A stretch of DNA of 64,000 nucleotides from Lama glama (Eukaryota): the NCBI GenBank assembly GCA_028534125.1, contig CM052827.1:60884001-60948000 (forward strand), in the 5' to 3' direction. Every line of letters begins with the position of its first letter. The first letter of the stretch is position 1. Positions 1 to 12,600 of this stretch are shown here, in pieces. The notes under the pieces were generated by a model. It worked only from the letters and a program-made list of their open reading frames with translations. It did not search any database and was not told the origin of the DNA. The translations under genes and the position numbers were made by a program.

Positions 1-276
1 TCCTCTGATGAATGGCTAGGTGAGCAGAGATGGCAAACATCCTATGAAACAATATAAGCTTTGGAGGAAATTTGCATCCGCCAAAGTCACAAAGCTAAAG
101 CCAAAACTCATCTCACTGGATTTTCCTCCTTGTTTTGTGAGCGGTGAAAGAAGACTGACCAAAGGAAATTTTTTCATGGAAGATTACAGAGTTGAAGACC
201 TTGGACTGGAAGGTGCTCAGAGATCATCTAATTGATGTTTTTACAGAAGAGGGTTGAAGCCAAGAGAATTTAACTC

Positions 277-450
277 TGTGATCCCCAACCTTGGCTGCTG
301 TTGGAATCACCTATAGAGATCTAGGAACCACTACTTTCCGGGGCCCTGTTTCTGGATTCTCTCGTGTAATTGGTTTGGGATGTGGTTAGGACACTTAGAG
401 ATTTAAAATCTCTCCAGGCAGCTCTGTGTAGCCCCAAATTGAAAACCACT
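277..450 (+). mobile_element. MER5A1/MER5-family hAT-Charlie MITE
   Basis: Contains caaccttggctgc...ggaatcacct and ends ttgaaaaccactg, matching recalled MER5A1 termini and interior. Confidence 0.7.
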
Positions 451-1659
451 GTGTTGTGAGAGATCCCACTCACACGGATATGCTCTTAATAAGCTATGTC
501 AATACGAACACCCAGGTTTGTCCGTAGGAGCTCAGACTGCTCAATCTGAAGCAATTTCCTCGAGCCTCCACACCGCTTTCAGCATATTCCTTCATTCATC
601 TTCCTCTTTGCATTCCTTTCACTGCCCATGGCGTATGCCTCACTGTCTCTAAACTAGCAAAACAAGTTACTAGAAAATGCACCAGTAAAGGCATCATCCC
701 GAGTGTCGCCAATTAAAATCTGTAATACCTCTTCTAGATGCAGCTGCATTTTACCCAAAAACAAAGTCCTGATGGAAAAAGCCTTCACACTAACCATGAA
801 ATAATAACCCATTGGAGAGGCAATCGGATTTTCTGTGTCAGGCGGACTAGCTGGATCGCTTAGGAGAACTTCAAGTTTTCTAGCTGTTAACATTTGGATG
901 TGCAAGCTTGCCGGGCAGTTGGCATCTGAGGACAAAAAGCCCGTCACTTCAACTATGAAGGCCAGGTTTCTACTCAGTTTGGGTAATTCTTCCCTACTCT
1001 CAACCCTTCTGTAATTATGAGAGGACCTGAGATCAGTGTCCTCTTCCTGGAACAAAACTGGAGGATGTTGGGCCGTGCCTGGCCAGAGCATGCCTCTTCA
1101 TGGGATATGAAAACCTGGTAAACTATATGAGTTCTGCTAGCCCCATACTTGTAACTTAACCTAAAAAATCTGCCGTGTGCCTCCACTACGTGTCTGTACT
1201 CTGTCTTTACTCCTTGCCTGGTTCTGTCTTTCCGTAAGGTTGCATTTAAGTAATTAGGCAATTATCATAGCTGTATAGAATACATGTTTCTTCCACAGAG
1301 CATCACGGGAGGAAAGAAGTGTAGGTATCAACTTGTTCATTGACTGGAATTCCTACAGTCACTCTATTACAGATTTTCTTCTCTAGGATGATGGCATGTT
1401 GATTCTTCCTATAGCAGGATTATATTTATTGGTGGAATTATCTACTGGAAATATGCTTTTATTATGATATAGTTGGTGAAGTGTGGAAAGAGAGGAGGGA
1501 AGGGAATATGGAACAGCAAAGAAATGAATCAAGAGGACTTAAGGCTTTGTTGAAGAACTTTATGCATGACTTTAAAATTCGGCCATGATTAGCTTGTGTC
1601 AGACTTCTCCTTCTACCAACATGTGTATAAATATGGAAAAGTACGTAAATATTATTTTT

Positions 1660-2615
1660 AGGACATGGGCAGCAGCCAGCACAAGGCTGAGATCTCTGAG
1701 CTAAGGGAAGCACATGAGCTACATCCTACACTCACCCTAATTTCTCCCTGGGTGCAGTTTCCAGACCATTGTATGGGGGAGTAGCCCAGGAAGAAAATAG
1801 AAGTTTTGCTGTCAGAGGAAGCAGAGCCTGGTGTTTGGAGTCACTATAGTGATTGGAATTTGAGGGATGAGGTATTAGACAGGAGAGAGCTTCAAAGAAG
1901 GAGCCCCCAAAATCTTCATACAAATTCACATTGGGTCTTTGGCTGACACATAAAGCTATGTATTTGCAGAATATTTCAAGCGATGGAGCAGAGAAAAAAA
2001 ATGCAGGGAGGCTAAAATATAATCAGGAATTTCAGAGGTTTCACAGCTTTGGGGACATTAGAATTTGGGTTCAGATAGTGAATACTTTGGGCTTGTTTTC
2101 ATTGTCATTGAACTATCACATCCTAGAAGTTGGAAGAAAGCTAGGCGTCTGCAAGAAGTAAGGGCAGACTCTAGGAGAAAGGGCAAAAGTGAGATAGATG
2201 CACCATAACAAAGACTAAAATCAAGCTGTGGCAGGATCAGAGTGATCCGCTAGTCATTTAACTGCTTCCCAGATAAAAACTTAACACTTCCTCAGAGAAG
2301 ATAACCTGCTCCACAGCATCTACGATGTATCATTTATGACTTCCAGCATATAATAAAAAAGTATTAGATATGCATATGAACTGGAAAGGTGACTGATAAT
2401 CAAGAGATAAAATAGTAACTAAGTAAGGACCTAGAGATGATATAAATGTGGAATACAGTAAGGAGTTCAAAACAATTCTAATTAATATCTTAAAAATAAA
2501 GTAAAAAATGACCAAAATGAGTAAAAATATGAATTATTTTAATGGAAAGTTGGAATCTGTTAAAAGACTCTAATAGAGATATGGGTCTGCAAAGTACAAT
2601 ATCTAAAATTAGGTC
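1660..2615 (+). mobile_element. Old L1M 5'UTR/ORF1 fragments
   Basis: gatctctgagctaagggaagcacatgag...gagagagcttcaaagaagg resembles ancient L1M 5' ends; the A-rich stretch 2340-2615 resembles the start of ORF1. Confidence 0.5.
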
Positions 2616-2869
2616 TTTATGTCTGACAAGTGACTAATTAGTATAGAATCTCATGGTAATTGTATTTATCTGCCACATAGGATAAAATTTGTGGTGTGTA
2701 GTGAACAGAGAAACCGATCAATGTAGGCTGATGACTGGCAATGAACTCTAAGAGATTGAAGTTGTGTATACAAAAGAGAAAATTTTTTTTTATGGACTGT
2801 ACTGGACTTCAACCAAACAGATGAGACAACTATAAAACATGACAGTCAATACATCAGAAATAACATAGC

Positions 2870-2977
2870 ATATTAATTTGCTAGGGCTGCTGTAACAAAG
2901 TAACACACACTGGTTGGCTTAAGCAACAGGAATCACAGGGGGTTCTCCCTGTAGGTGTGTCTGTGTCCAAAATTCTT
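2870..2977 (-). mobile_element. MLT1 (MaLR) LTR fragment
   Basis: tattaatttgctagggctgctgtaacaaagtaacacacactggttggcttaagcaacag is the reverse complement of an MLT1A-C 3' end. Confidence 0.7.
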
Positions 2978-3605
2978 GCCCAAATTAATTGGAACTAAGT
3001 TGCTATTACCTTCAACCCAAAGACCTAATAATTAAAATAATTGGAACAAGACATAGGCCTTTGAAACTTCAGCATATTTATAAATAATCAGAATGGTGTA
3101 GAACTTGTAGTTCCAGATGGACAAACCACCTAGTTCCTTAGAGGTCAAAAGAATGAACAGCAAGTAATTTGGAATGGCTGGAAGAAAATGTGGTAGAATT
3201 AAGAGGAAGACTGGTTTGGGGAACAGCTATGTAGGAGAGGCCTGATTTCAGAGTCTAGTTGTTGGACAGGATCCCAAAGTAAGGAATCCCTAAAATCTGC
3301 CTCCATGTTTAGATTCTCTGATTTGATCACATGACATAACTGCACACTGGTCTCTATTGTAGCTTGATGCTAATCTGTGCTTACACTTGTAAGTAGTTCC
3401 TTGACTGCCTTCTAAATCAGCTCTGTTTCCTTTTAAAGTCATATTTTCATGAAGTAAAACAAGGCTGGAAGGTGATGTTCACATTTACACCTTGGCCCTA
3501 AAGCTGCAACTGGGCCTCTAGATCTCCTACGCCAGAAAATATATCAGAATGCAAGTGAAAACAGTGTTCTTGAAAAAACCTTGGATTTTTTCCTTTAACC
3601 ATTAT

Positions 3606-4199
3606 TGCAGTGAAGAATTAAACCTTGCCTGAGAGAGTTCTGCCCTCTACCCTCAGCTTCTGGGAGGTAAGCTCTAAGCCCTTGCAGTGTTGTGCCTGAT
3701 AAGGGGTGTGTCTGTGTGATGGGGGGCTTTGGGCCATGCCAAATAGTCTAACAATGTTATTGATGGTAGAAGCTTTGAGTCATACGGTGTCAGCTTAAAT
3801 CAAGTGTCTGGAAATGAAGCGCAGCCATGTGGGTGGTCAACCACAGAGCTCAAATAAAGGTTCTGGACTCTAGGGCTGGAGTGAATGCCCCAGGTCGGCA
3901 GTACTTGCTGTGTACCATCACACCCTGAGTAATGTTGTCCATGGAGAGAGAGCAACTTGAAGCTCCTGAATCTTCCCTAGACTCTGCCTCATGTGCCTCT
4001 TCTCTTGGATGATTTTTAATCTGTATCTTTTAACCTAACCTCGTCTGTATCCCAAATCATAATCACGAATATAAGAGCTTCCAGTGAGCTCTGTGTCTTT
4101 CTAGTGAATTACTGAACCTAAATGTGGTCCTGGGACCCCTGAACTTGCAGTTGGTGTCAGAAGTGAGAGGAAGCTGGCGGACTGCCCCCTAACTTCACA
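3606..4199 (+). mobile_element. MER21-like ERVL solo LTR
   Basis: TG...CA termini (tgcagtgaagaattaaaccttgcc ... ctaacttcaca); characteristic 3' block ctagtgaattactgaacct...gggacccctgaacttgcagttggtgtcagaagtgag. Confidence 0.75.
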
Positions 4200-4669
4200 C
4201 CCTTTTAAAAAATAATTTATAAACTGTTTCTGCAATTACTAACACTGACAAGTTACCTGTGAAGAACTGCTGAACAACTGGCATGAGAATAATGCTGATG
4301 GCTGTTCATTGTAAGGAAGAGGATTTAGAGTTTAAAATACCTGGCAGGTCCCTTACATACTAAGGTGTTCATTCATTTAGCAAATGTTTGCCGAGCACCT
4401 TACTACATGCTTTATAGTGTATCTTAAAGTGTCCCTTATATTGGGATTAATTCCTAGCTTTGAAACAAAAATGATTGTAACAACTAACAGAGAAATCTGA
4501 TTCAATTCAAACAAGAATTAGTTTGCTAACACAGACAGATGCACCAAAGTTATCAGGTCTATCTTATTCTAACAGTTTAAATTGTGATATTTGGAGCCAA
4601 GTAAACTTACGCTGACTGCCTAATGTAATTTTTAGTACACATACTGTAATCTTCATTGCAATCTTTAGT

Positions 4670-4787
4670 GCTTTCTCACTTTCCTCATCTGTAAAATGGG
4701 CAGAATATCTACATCGTAGACTTGTTGTGAGGATTAAATGGGATGATGTATTAAAAAGCCAGTCATATAATCAATACATGTTATTTA

Positions 4788-4790
<3 letters not shown>
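4670..4790 (+). mobile_element. MIR SINE
   Basis: MIR core tttcctcatctgtaaaatggg...ttgtgaggattaaatg. Confidence 0.8.

Positions 4791-4791
<1 letters not shown>

Positions 4792-4836
<45 letters not shown>
4792..4836. repeat. (TTA)15 microsatellite
   Basis: Fifteen perfect TTA units at the MIR tail; source of the poly-Tyr in ORF 4727..4921. Confidence 0.95.
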
Positions 4837-4838
<2 letters not shown>

Positions 4839-5749
4839 ATACACTGGTGCATCTTTTAATGAATTTTTTTTTAAAAAAACTGAGTGGAAGGGCGTGTTGC
4901 TTCCCAGCACACCTATATTAATTTCAGTGGCCACTTAGTCCCTTGGTCCCAGGAGCACAGTTTTGAACTGTATATTGTAGCAGAAAAGAGCAAATGAACA
5001 GGTTTGGGATTTATTTGGTAGCAGTGACTTCAATTACATCTGCTTTTGCTGCCTTTTGTTTTGTCAGTAAAATACCAAAGAGATTTGGCTGTTGTATATA
5101 CAGGGGCACAAAGCCCCAGAGAAGGTGAAATTGGATTTTGTGATCTCACGGCTTTTAGGCTGGAGAAGGATTATGAAGCAGCTGGTGAGAGTAAAATATT
5201 CATTAGTTTAGTCTGTAGCAACGTTCAAATGTTTAGATGGTTTCTCATCTGGGGTGGTTCAGGCTCTGCCCCTAGACATTTCAGTTGTGCAGAATCTACC
5301 AAACAGGCAGAACGACACGGATCTTTGGTAAATTGCTTATTTCTGAGATGTTCTTCATCCTCACAAAAGTACATGTGAGATATTAGTCTACTCAAATTTA
5401 TGAGATAAAGGGAAGAGCCAACATAACATGAAAAGCCCAGCTAACATTTTATAAAATACAATGCTTTTCCCTGAGTACATTAAAAAAAAAAAAGCCATGT
5501 TATCCACCGTGTACCTCCTGCACACCCCCGCCTTCAAGCAGTTTAGCTGCGGCTCAGTGCGCTAGTCTCTTCCGGGTAATTATACCTCGCGCTGACATGG
5601 CACCTTGGACTCTTTCCTGTTCTCAAAATTAATAAATCATTTGGCTAGCAGGGTAGACCACATGACACCCATTGTAAGTAAATTGCTCCAGGTCACAAGG
5701 ATAGACAGTGGCAAAACTAATTCAGTGCTGGTTCCCTCTTCAATGGACT

Positions 5750-5935
5750 CAGAGTCTCCAGGCTCTCATTTGCAATAGAGTCACATGGGAAGCTTGCAGA
5801 GAACGCATGTGCCTGGGCGTGGCGCACAGAGGTGCCGATTCACATCGTCTGGCGCAGGGACCAGAAATCTGCATTTTTAGCAGCCACACTTGGTCATTCT
5901 GAAACAGGTGATTGTAGGACAATACCATAGAGATT
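5750..5935 (+). mobile_element. MER5A-like hAT MITE
   Basis: gagtcacatgggaagcttg...gaccagaaatctgcatttttagcag...cattctga is a diverged MER5A interior. Confidence 0.55.
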
Positions 5936-6906
5936 ACATAGGAAGGCTTCCCATAGCAAAGGCTGTGGGTTATTTCTCCATCCTTTAAATATCCATGCTA
6001 TTTAGGGTTAACGCCATTCCCTGTGACACAGAAGGAAATAGAGCTGGTTTCTCCAAAAGAGAAATGATGTTTTATGTTTCTCTGCCTTCCTGATGCCACT
6101 GCTGGAAGAGGGGTGTGTGTAACCCTTTTGAAAGTTTTAGGTTGACACTAAGCTTTACCCTTGGGAACCCCAAGTGATGTTCATCCTGCATTTAGGAAGT
6201 GAACATAAATATAATAGAAGCAAATTAAAGTTCACACATGGAACATCCCTCTTTCTGGACTATCCACTGATACCCTCTATAGCCACGGATTAAATGCCAC
6301 GGCCCCACCCTATTCCTGCCTGTGTCTGGTCTGGTGGACTCCTACTGACCTCTGCAAGTAGTTACCAGGAAACAAACAACATGTTTCTTTCTCAGGACTC
6401 ACTGCTTCTTCCTGGAAATATCTAAGCAAGCCGTCTCATGAGAATTAAAAATTGCCTCTGGGGTCACTCTGGTCATCAGTCTCCAGAGGACAGCAGTGTC
6501 TGCAGCAATCTGACGCTCCTACTTTGTGCTGAAGTTGGAAGCTGCCACCTTTTCTTTACATTAAGTAAAGTTCAGATTTTGGCATGAGCTTGTGTTATCT
6601 TTCTTAGCCTCAGATTTTTCTGGTTCTAATGGGAATTACTTTCCTTCCCACAGTGCAAGTGCTAGATATATAGTGTTAGAATAAAATCCCACATTCTGTG
6701 GGGCCCCCAGGAATCATCATTGTGTCACAGAGACAACAAAGCAGGCTAATGAAGCAGGTTTTATTTCAGTCAGTGAACAGTCTGCACACATATAAGTTTC
6801 CTGTAACTAATAAAGATAACACATTGGGAAATTTCTTAGCAATGCTCGGTATTATATGACTGTATTTAATTTTCTCATCAGGAGAATGAAGGTGGTGAGA
6901 ATAGAT

Positions 6907-7095
6907 TAGGGACTGGCAAACTTTTTCTGTAAAATGTTTTCGGCTTTGCAGACCATCCAGTCTATTTCACGATCACTCGGTGCTGCTGTGGAAACACGGA
7001 AGCAGCCACAGACAACACATCACTGAGTGGACAGGTCATTTGCAAGAACCTGGTGGGCTATGCTTGTCCTGTGGGCTATAGGTTGCTGACTCCTG
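6907..7095 (+). mobile_element. MER58A hAT-Charlie MITE
   Basis: Termini agggactggcaaactttttctgtaaa and taggttgctgactcctg; internal gaagcagccacagacaa. Confidence 0.8.
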
Positions 7096-7239
7096 GACTC
7101 TGTTCTGTTTTAGATCCCAAGTTTTGTAATTCCATTCAAGCAAATTAAAATCCAGCTGTCACTTGGTTGGTTTCCAATTATGACCTCTAGTGTTGATTCA
7201 TTTTTAATTTTATCTGTCAAGAACCATTGAAGTTAGAAC

Positions 7240-7395
7240 AAATAATAATAATACTACTTATGGAAAAATTCATGTCCCAGGAGTTTGAGAAATATTTTTC
7301 AAACACTATTTAACAGAATCTTCTCAAACTTAAAAGAATGGTACGATTATTATGATTTGCACTTACAGATGTGGAAAACTGAGGGTCAGAGAAAT
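7240..7395 (-). mobile_element. MIR SINE
   Basis: ttacagatgtggaaaactgagggtcagaga is the reverse MIR core. Confidence 0.65.
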
Positions 7396-8333
7396 AATTA
7401 TGAAACGATTGTGTGTGCTCAGAGTAGATGGCACAGTTGGCAGTCAGAAAGGGCCTGACAGTCGTGTGGGTCTAGTGATTGGGTCCAGAAGCCAGATTAC
7501 AGGAGGAATGCTAAAGGAAAGTAAATGAAGGCTTGTCATTTTAGAAAATTGGCCATATGGTGGAGAGAAGTGGGGTGGTTACTTCCAACTCTTCCAGTTT
7601 TTTCATTTTCTCTACGTGGAGTAGTTGAAAATGAAAACAGAAACAAGAAACAGCTGAGGCACAGGGATCCTTTCATAAATTGATCCGTAGGTTGCTTGGC
7701 AAGGTTGCCATGAGTGAGCTAAACCTCAGGAATTACCCCTGTTCAGGAGCAAATGCTTCTCTGTGTGGCAGACACGCATTAGCCCTGGGCTCAGTCCGGT
7801 GAGTGACCGAGTGGGCGCTAAGGTTTTCTTTCTGGTGGTTGAGGGTTTTGCTTCAGCATCACTGAGGTCATTGTTCTTTTACTTTCAGAACAGGATGAAA
7901 TTAAGAGGTCAGTCTGCTGGGAAGTCAGTTCACTGTGTCATGTGTTGGAGCAACTGCTGTTCCTGAAAACATACCAGGTCTGGAGTAACAAGCAGAATTC
8001 TTTTGATTTTGCTTTTCTCATAAAGTAGGAGAAATGGATCAAGTCTGGTAGGGTTCGAAGCACTCTTTCTGTCACTGAAGAGAAATATCTCCAAGGGCCA
8101 GGAAAGTAGGAAGACAGTGTGTTTATGCCAATCCCTAAGTTAGAAAATCTCACTGGCTAAAGTTCCAAACTATGTATTTCTGTCTACAGCAACTAAGTGA
8201 GAGCTGGGGACCTGGTGCTAACTTTGAGGAGAGTTGGAATCCTTGCCTCCTTTGCAAAAATCTTTTAAGTTGGGCAATTGTCTTCGAAACAGATTGTCTA
8301 TATTGATTCATTCTGTAGCACTTTAAAAAACTC

Positions 8334-8623
8334 TTTCAGAGACAAATACCATATGATTTCACTCATATGTGAAATCTAAAAAAAAAAAATAAACAAACAA
8401 AACAAAACAGAAACAAACTCATAGATACAGAGAACAGGTTGGTGGTTACCAGAGGTGAAGGGGGTGGGGGAGTGAGCAAAATGGGTGAAAGGGGTCAATT
8501 GTATAGTGATGAATGGTAACCAGACTTTTGGGGGTGATCACTTTGTAGTGTAGACAGATGTCAAATTATAACGATGTGTACCTGAAACTTACATAATATC
8601 ACATACCAATTTTACTTCAATCA
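8334..8623 (+). mobile_element. 5'-truncated L1 3' end with 9-bp TSD
   Basis: agacaaataccatatgatttcactcatatgtg...ggtggttaccagagg...tttacttcaat; TSD aaaaaactc at 8325-8333 and 8624-8632, the first preceded by ttt (L1 endonuclease TT/AAAA site). Confidence 0.85.
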
Positions 8624-9180
8624 AAAAAACTCCGTATTTTAGAGTCATTATCTTGTGGGACACTTTAAGATTAAATACATAAATGTCTTGGGCAATCCAA
8701 TATGGAAACTTGAGTGGAGGTCAAAGTAGTCTAAGACAGTTATAGATATTTTAAAAATAGAGGAAAGTACAAATTATCTATATTAACCTTAGTAATGTCA
8801 TGAATAATGGGCATCCACCAATAATCTGTCTCAAATCTTAAAGCCATTATACAAGGCTCAGTGCCCAGTAAAAGCAAGTATTTTTTCAGTGTGGCTAATA
8901 AATTGCAAACTGATATTCCACATATTAAAACTTTATTTTCTATTTTGATAATGGTGATTTGTGATCTGCTCTAAGAATTGTTATTAGACGCAAGGAGGCG
9001 GGGCAAAAGATCTGAATAGTTCATTCACTAAGTTGTATAACTGAGGCTTGGCAAAAAAAAAATGTAATGTAATTCAGTGATTTAGTGAACACGTGGGTGA
9101 TGGTGGGCAGCTTCTAGTATTTTAAGAGATTTGATATTTTTCATTTGCCTTTAACTATAATTTTTCTTGTACTTAATTCT

Positions 9181-9256
9181 CTGTTTTAAAACTTTTAAAT
9201 TTTTATTGAAGTGTAGTCAGTTTATAATGTTAGTTTCAGGTGTTCAGCAAAGCGCT
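9181..9256 (-). mobile_element. Extremely truncated L1 3' tip with 9-bp TSD
   Basis: ttttattgaagtgtagtcagtttataatgttagtttcaggtgttcagcaaag; TSD cttaattct at 9172-9180 and 9257-9265. Confidence 0.8.
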
Positions 9257-10826
9257 CTTAATTCTGTATGATCTATAAAAAGGAATTAAAAAACCTTTTT
9301 ATGATATTGTACTAGGTCATAATTTGTTCATTATGGAAGAATTGGAGTATAATTATTAATTCATCTGTCTGATCCTTTCATTTATCTGTACATTTATTTA
9401 GCTCTGAATTCAGAAGATCTTTACCTAGCTCTACTGTTGACTCTAAGCACCAATAATTAATTTCTCTTATAGATGCCAACCCAGTTATTTATCATAGTGG
9501 ATTCAAATGTTTCCTAATTAGATCCTTCTGGTTTTCTCCATAGGTCATTCTTAGACTGATGACCGAAGACCTTTTGTTTTAGAAAACATTGACTTAGTGT
9601 GCAGTGCCTGACACAGAGCCCACCACACACATGGTAGGTATCTGGAAAATGATTTGGCGTTTATGTTCTCTTAAATAGACATTTTATTTTGCCCTTAACT
9701 CCTTTTTTAAGTTAAATCTAATTTGATATAATTTTATAGACAACCAAGATTCCTATGCTATTAATTAGATGCACTCAAGTAGTCACCTACTTTTCTTGGT
9801 GATGTTGAACTTGACTTTAGAAGTGAGCCTATCACCTAATAGTTTATTCAAGTGCTTATGGTTTTTTTATGGTTTCATGTAAAGAAATGAAATCAAACAA
9901 ACTCTAAAACCCACAGCCAGGCCCGTGTCTATCGGTAGAATAAGAAAGGACGTCTGTTATTATAGTTCAAATCTTGGGGTAAAATTTACTTTTTGAGGAT
10001 CTGTTTCCTCTTCTTCTTAGTGTTAGTCATGAAAACTTAAAATGTAAGTATAGTAGACTTGTAATTACTGCTTACTAGCAATTTCTCTTATATTGAGACA
10101 GTTTCATTTGTACTAAATGTATGAAATTGATAATTATATGTATGGATATTTAATTAATTAAAAAACTGATTACTGAGGCTTTCATATTTATTTTAAAAAA
10201 CAGAAATTTATACCAAATATTTAAATATGTTGAAACATGAATCTCAGGCTCTTGCTAGGATGTTCCAGACAATAATACTGTTACTTGCTTGAAAAATCTT
10301 GTTCTTGCTATAGGAGCAATCAAACACGTATTTACCAGAAGAAAAAAAAATATCTGAAATCATCTTGCACTGAAACAAATTTTCTTATAATCCCAACTAA
10401 CTAAAATTAAATTCTAAGTTGCTGAGTTTTAGTATGTTTTCTGTTGCAAAGTTTAAACTCTAGATTTTAAATTATGATAAGAATTATTATAGAAGGAAGC
10501 AGAACTTTATTTCTGGAAAAATCAGATATTGTCTGTTTTTTTGGTGAGGCAGCACAGGAAATGTTCTTAAAATTAATATTTAATTTCTCAATAAAAATTA
10601 ATTTTTCATAATCAGTATTTAAGAATTCCTGTATCTTATTTTTGTCCACATATTAAAATAGTTTGTCTTGCACTTTGTTATGGAGATAAAAGGTAAAAGG
10701 GCAGTTTTAAACACGATTAATGTAGTAGCAATATTCATTTGACAATTTATGTTAACATCACTAAGAAGCACCCACCTCTGCACATAATTAATTTTTGAAC
10801 TGTTAGAATATTCTCTTTTTAATACT

Positions 10827-11020
10827 TGTTGGAGACTGAATTATGTCTCTTCCCACTCCACTCCACCCCTCCCAAATTCATATGTGAAGCTTTAAGCACC
10901 AGTACCTCAGAATGTGAATGTATTTAGAGATAGGGTCATTTAAAGATAATTAAATTAAAATGGGGTCTTCAGGGTAAGCCCCAATCCAATGTGACTGGTG
11001 TCCTTATGAGAAGACACACA
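10827..11020 (+). mobile_element. MLT1B LTR, 5' half
   Basis: cagtacctcagaatgtgaatgtatttagagataggg...aatccaatgtgactggtgtccttatgagaaga. Confidence 0.8.
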
Positions 11021-11224
11021 GTAAATGTTGGATAAGTGTTAAATATTATTATATTCATTTTTGCATTTGACTGACAAGTGGCTTCAAGTGGAACAAAAGT
11101 TTAGTCCCAGTGATCGGTGAGAAAAGAAATATAAAGTGTAAGTGAAAATATTTATTTTGTTAAAAAAGAGCAGAATGCACTCCTTTCTTGATTTCATTCA
11201 TTCATTTCTACATTTAAATGAATC

Positions 11225-11420
11225 TTGATTTGAGTCCTGGCTCCTTAAACTACCAGCTTGCATGATTTGGGGCAGCTTATCTTATCTCTGAGCTCATAAA
11301 CTTTAGTTTCCTCAACTGTAAAATGAGAATAATGATCTCTACTTCACAAGGTTATGGTGAGGATTAAGAAGATGAAGTAATGGGTTTGAAGACCCTTACG
11401 TGGTGCCTGGAAAGTGGGAG
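11225..11420 (+). mobile_element. MIR SINE
   Basis: ttagtttcctcaactgtaaaatgagaataat...ggttatggtgaggattaag. Confidence 0.75.
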
Positions 11421-12409
11421 GCATCTTCTGCTTCCGCTTCCATCCTCAATATTCCCATAATCTCTGTAGGGTACCGGGGTTACCCGCTCAGAGAAGGGAA
11501 TCAGAGTGTGAGAACTGGGAAGGCACTTAGAAATCAACCAGCTGGTCTGCTCATGAATAGCTCGATGACTCTGAAGCCAGATGAGAGGGAGGACTGTTGA
11601 GCTTTCTGAGTCAGCATGCTATCATTTTAATATACACCCCTCTGTACCTCTCCCCTCCGTCCCACATGAGGGAGAATCGAATTCAGTGCTGTGGTTTACA
11701 GAAGGTAGAGATTGGCAGAGGAAACCAGATAATGGTAAGGACTTAGCAAAGCTTTTGTTGTTTTTCCCCTTCTTACAAACATGAACATGTTTTATTTTTC
11801 ATAGGATTACGACAATCAGCCTTTTAGAAGTACATGACTTAAGTGCTTAATCTCTGCTTGTTCCTTCTCTGCCCTCTGAGCCTCTTTTTCATGGCCCTAT
11901 TGATTTTCTGATATTTGCCTACCTTCCCGTCTTAATTCAGGGCTCCCACAGTCAAGCAATGGGAAAATGCATCAAAGTCACTTTGCTCTCTGAGTCGAGA
12001 ACTGACACAGCCCTCAGCAGCTTTTGGCCCAGTGGCTGATTTGCTGTAAATTTCTTTGGTCAGTACAATTTATTAGCCAATTAATTTCCATTTTAATCTC
12101 TTTATGACCCTCACACAGTGTAGACAAATAAAGGAGAATCTATTGATAAGATTCGAAATTCCTCAGTAATATAAATCCAGTCTACACACATTTTGGTTCC
12201 TTTTCGAAGGAATGCTAAACTCTGATAAGGCTGACAATGACTTGGGAAGAAAAGCTTGAAATTTTTACAAGAGGCCAGATGGTGGCAGCAGAGAATGTGA
12301 AAGAAAAACTTACGAACAACAATGGTTTAAAAACATGATACAAATGTGTTGCAAACAGTTGCAAAACTAATTATTGAGGATAGTTAAAGTAAGGAAACTG
12401 GGTAAGGAC

Positions 12410-12600
12410 ATGCTCTTCAGTATTAGAGATATCTGAATTTGACTCAGTGGCAGCATCAACTTGGATAAGCCCATTAAGTCTTGTTTTCTCAGTTTGTAAA
12501 GTGGGGTTAATAATAGCTACAAAGTCGTTTTGGGATTAAGAGAGAGAATGTAGGTAAAAGGTTTAGCCTATGCCTAGACTAGGTAAGTACTAGCTCACGT
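12410..12600 (+). mobile_element. MIR SINE
   Basis: ttttctcagtttgtaaagtggggttaataatagctac...gggattaagagagagaatgtaggtaaa. Confidence 0.65.

Noticed and set aside
654-1091. 145-aa minus-strand ORF
   Set aside because: No recognisable domain or convincing splice context; the length is attainable by chance in 64 kb.
4727-4921. ORF with a poly-tyrosine run
   Set aside because: Translation of a MIR tail plus the (TTA)15 microsatellite.
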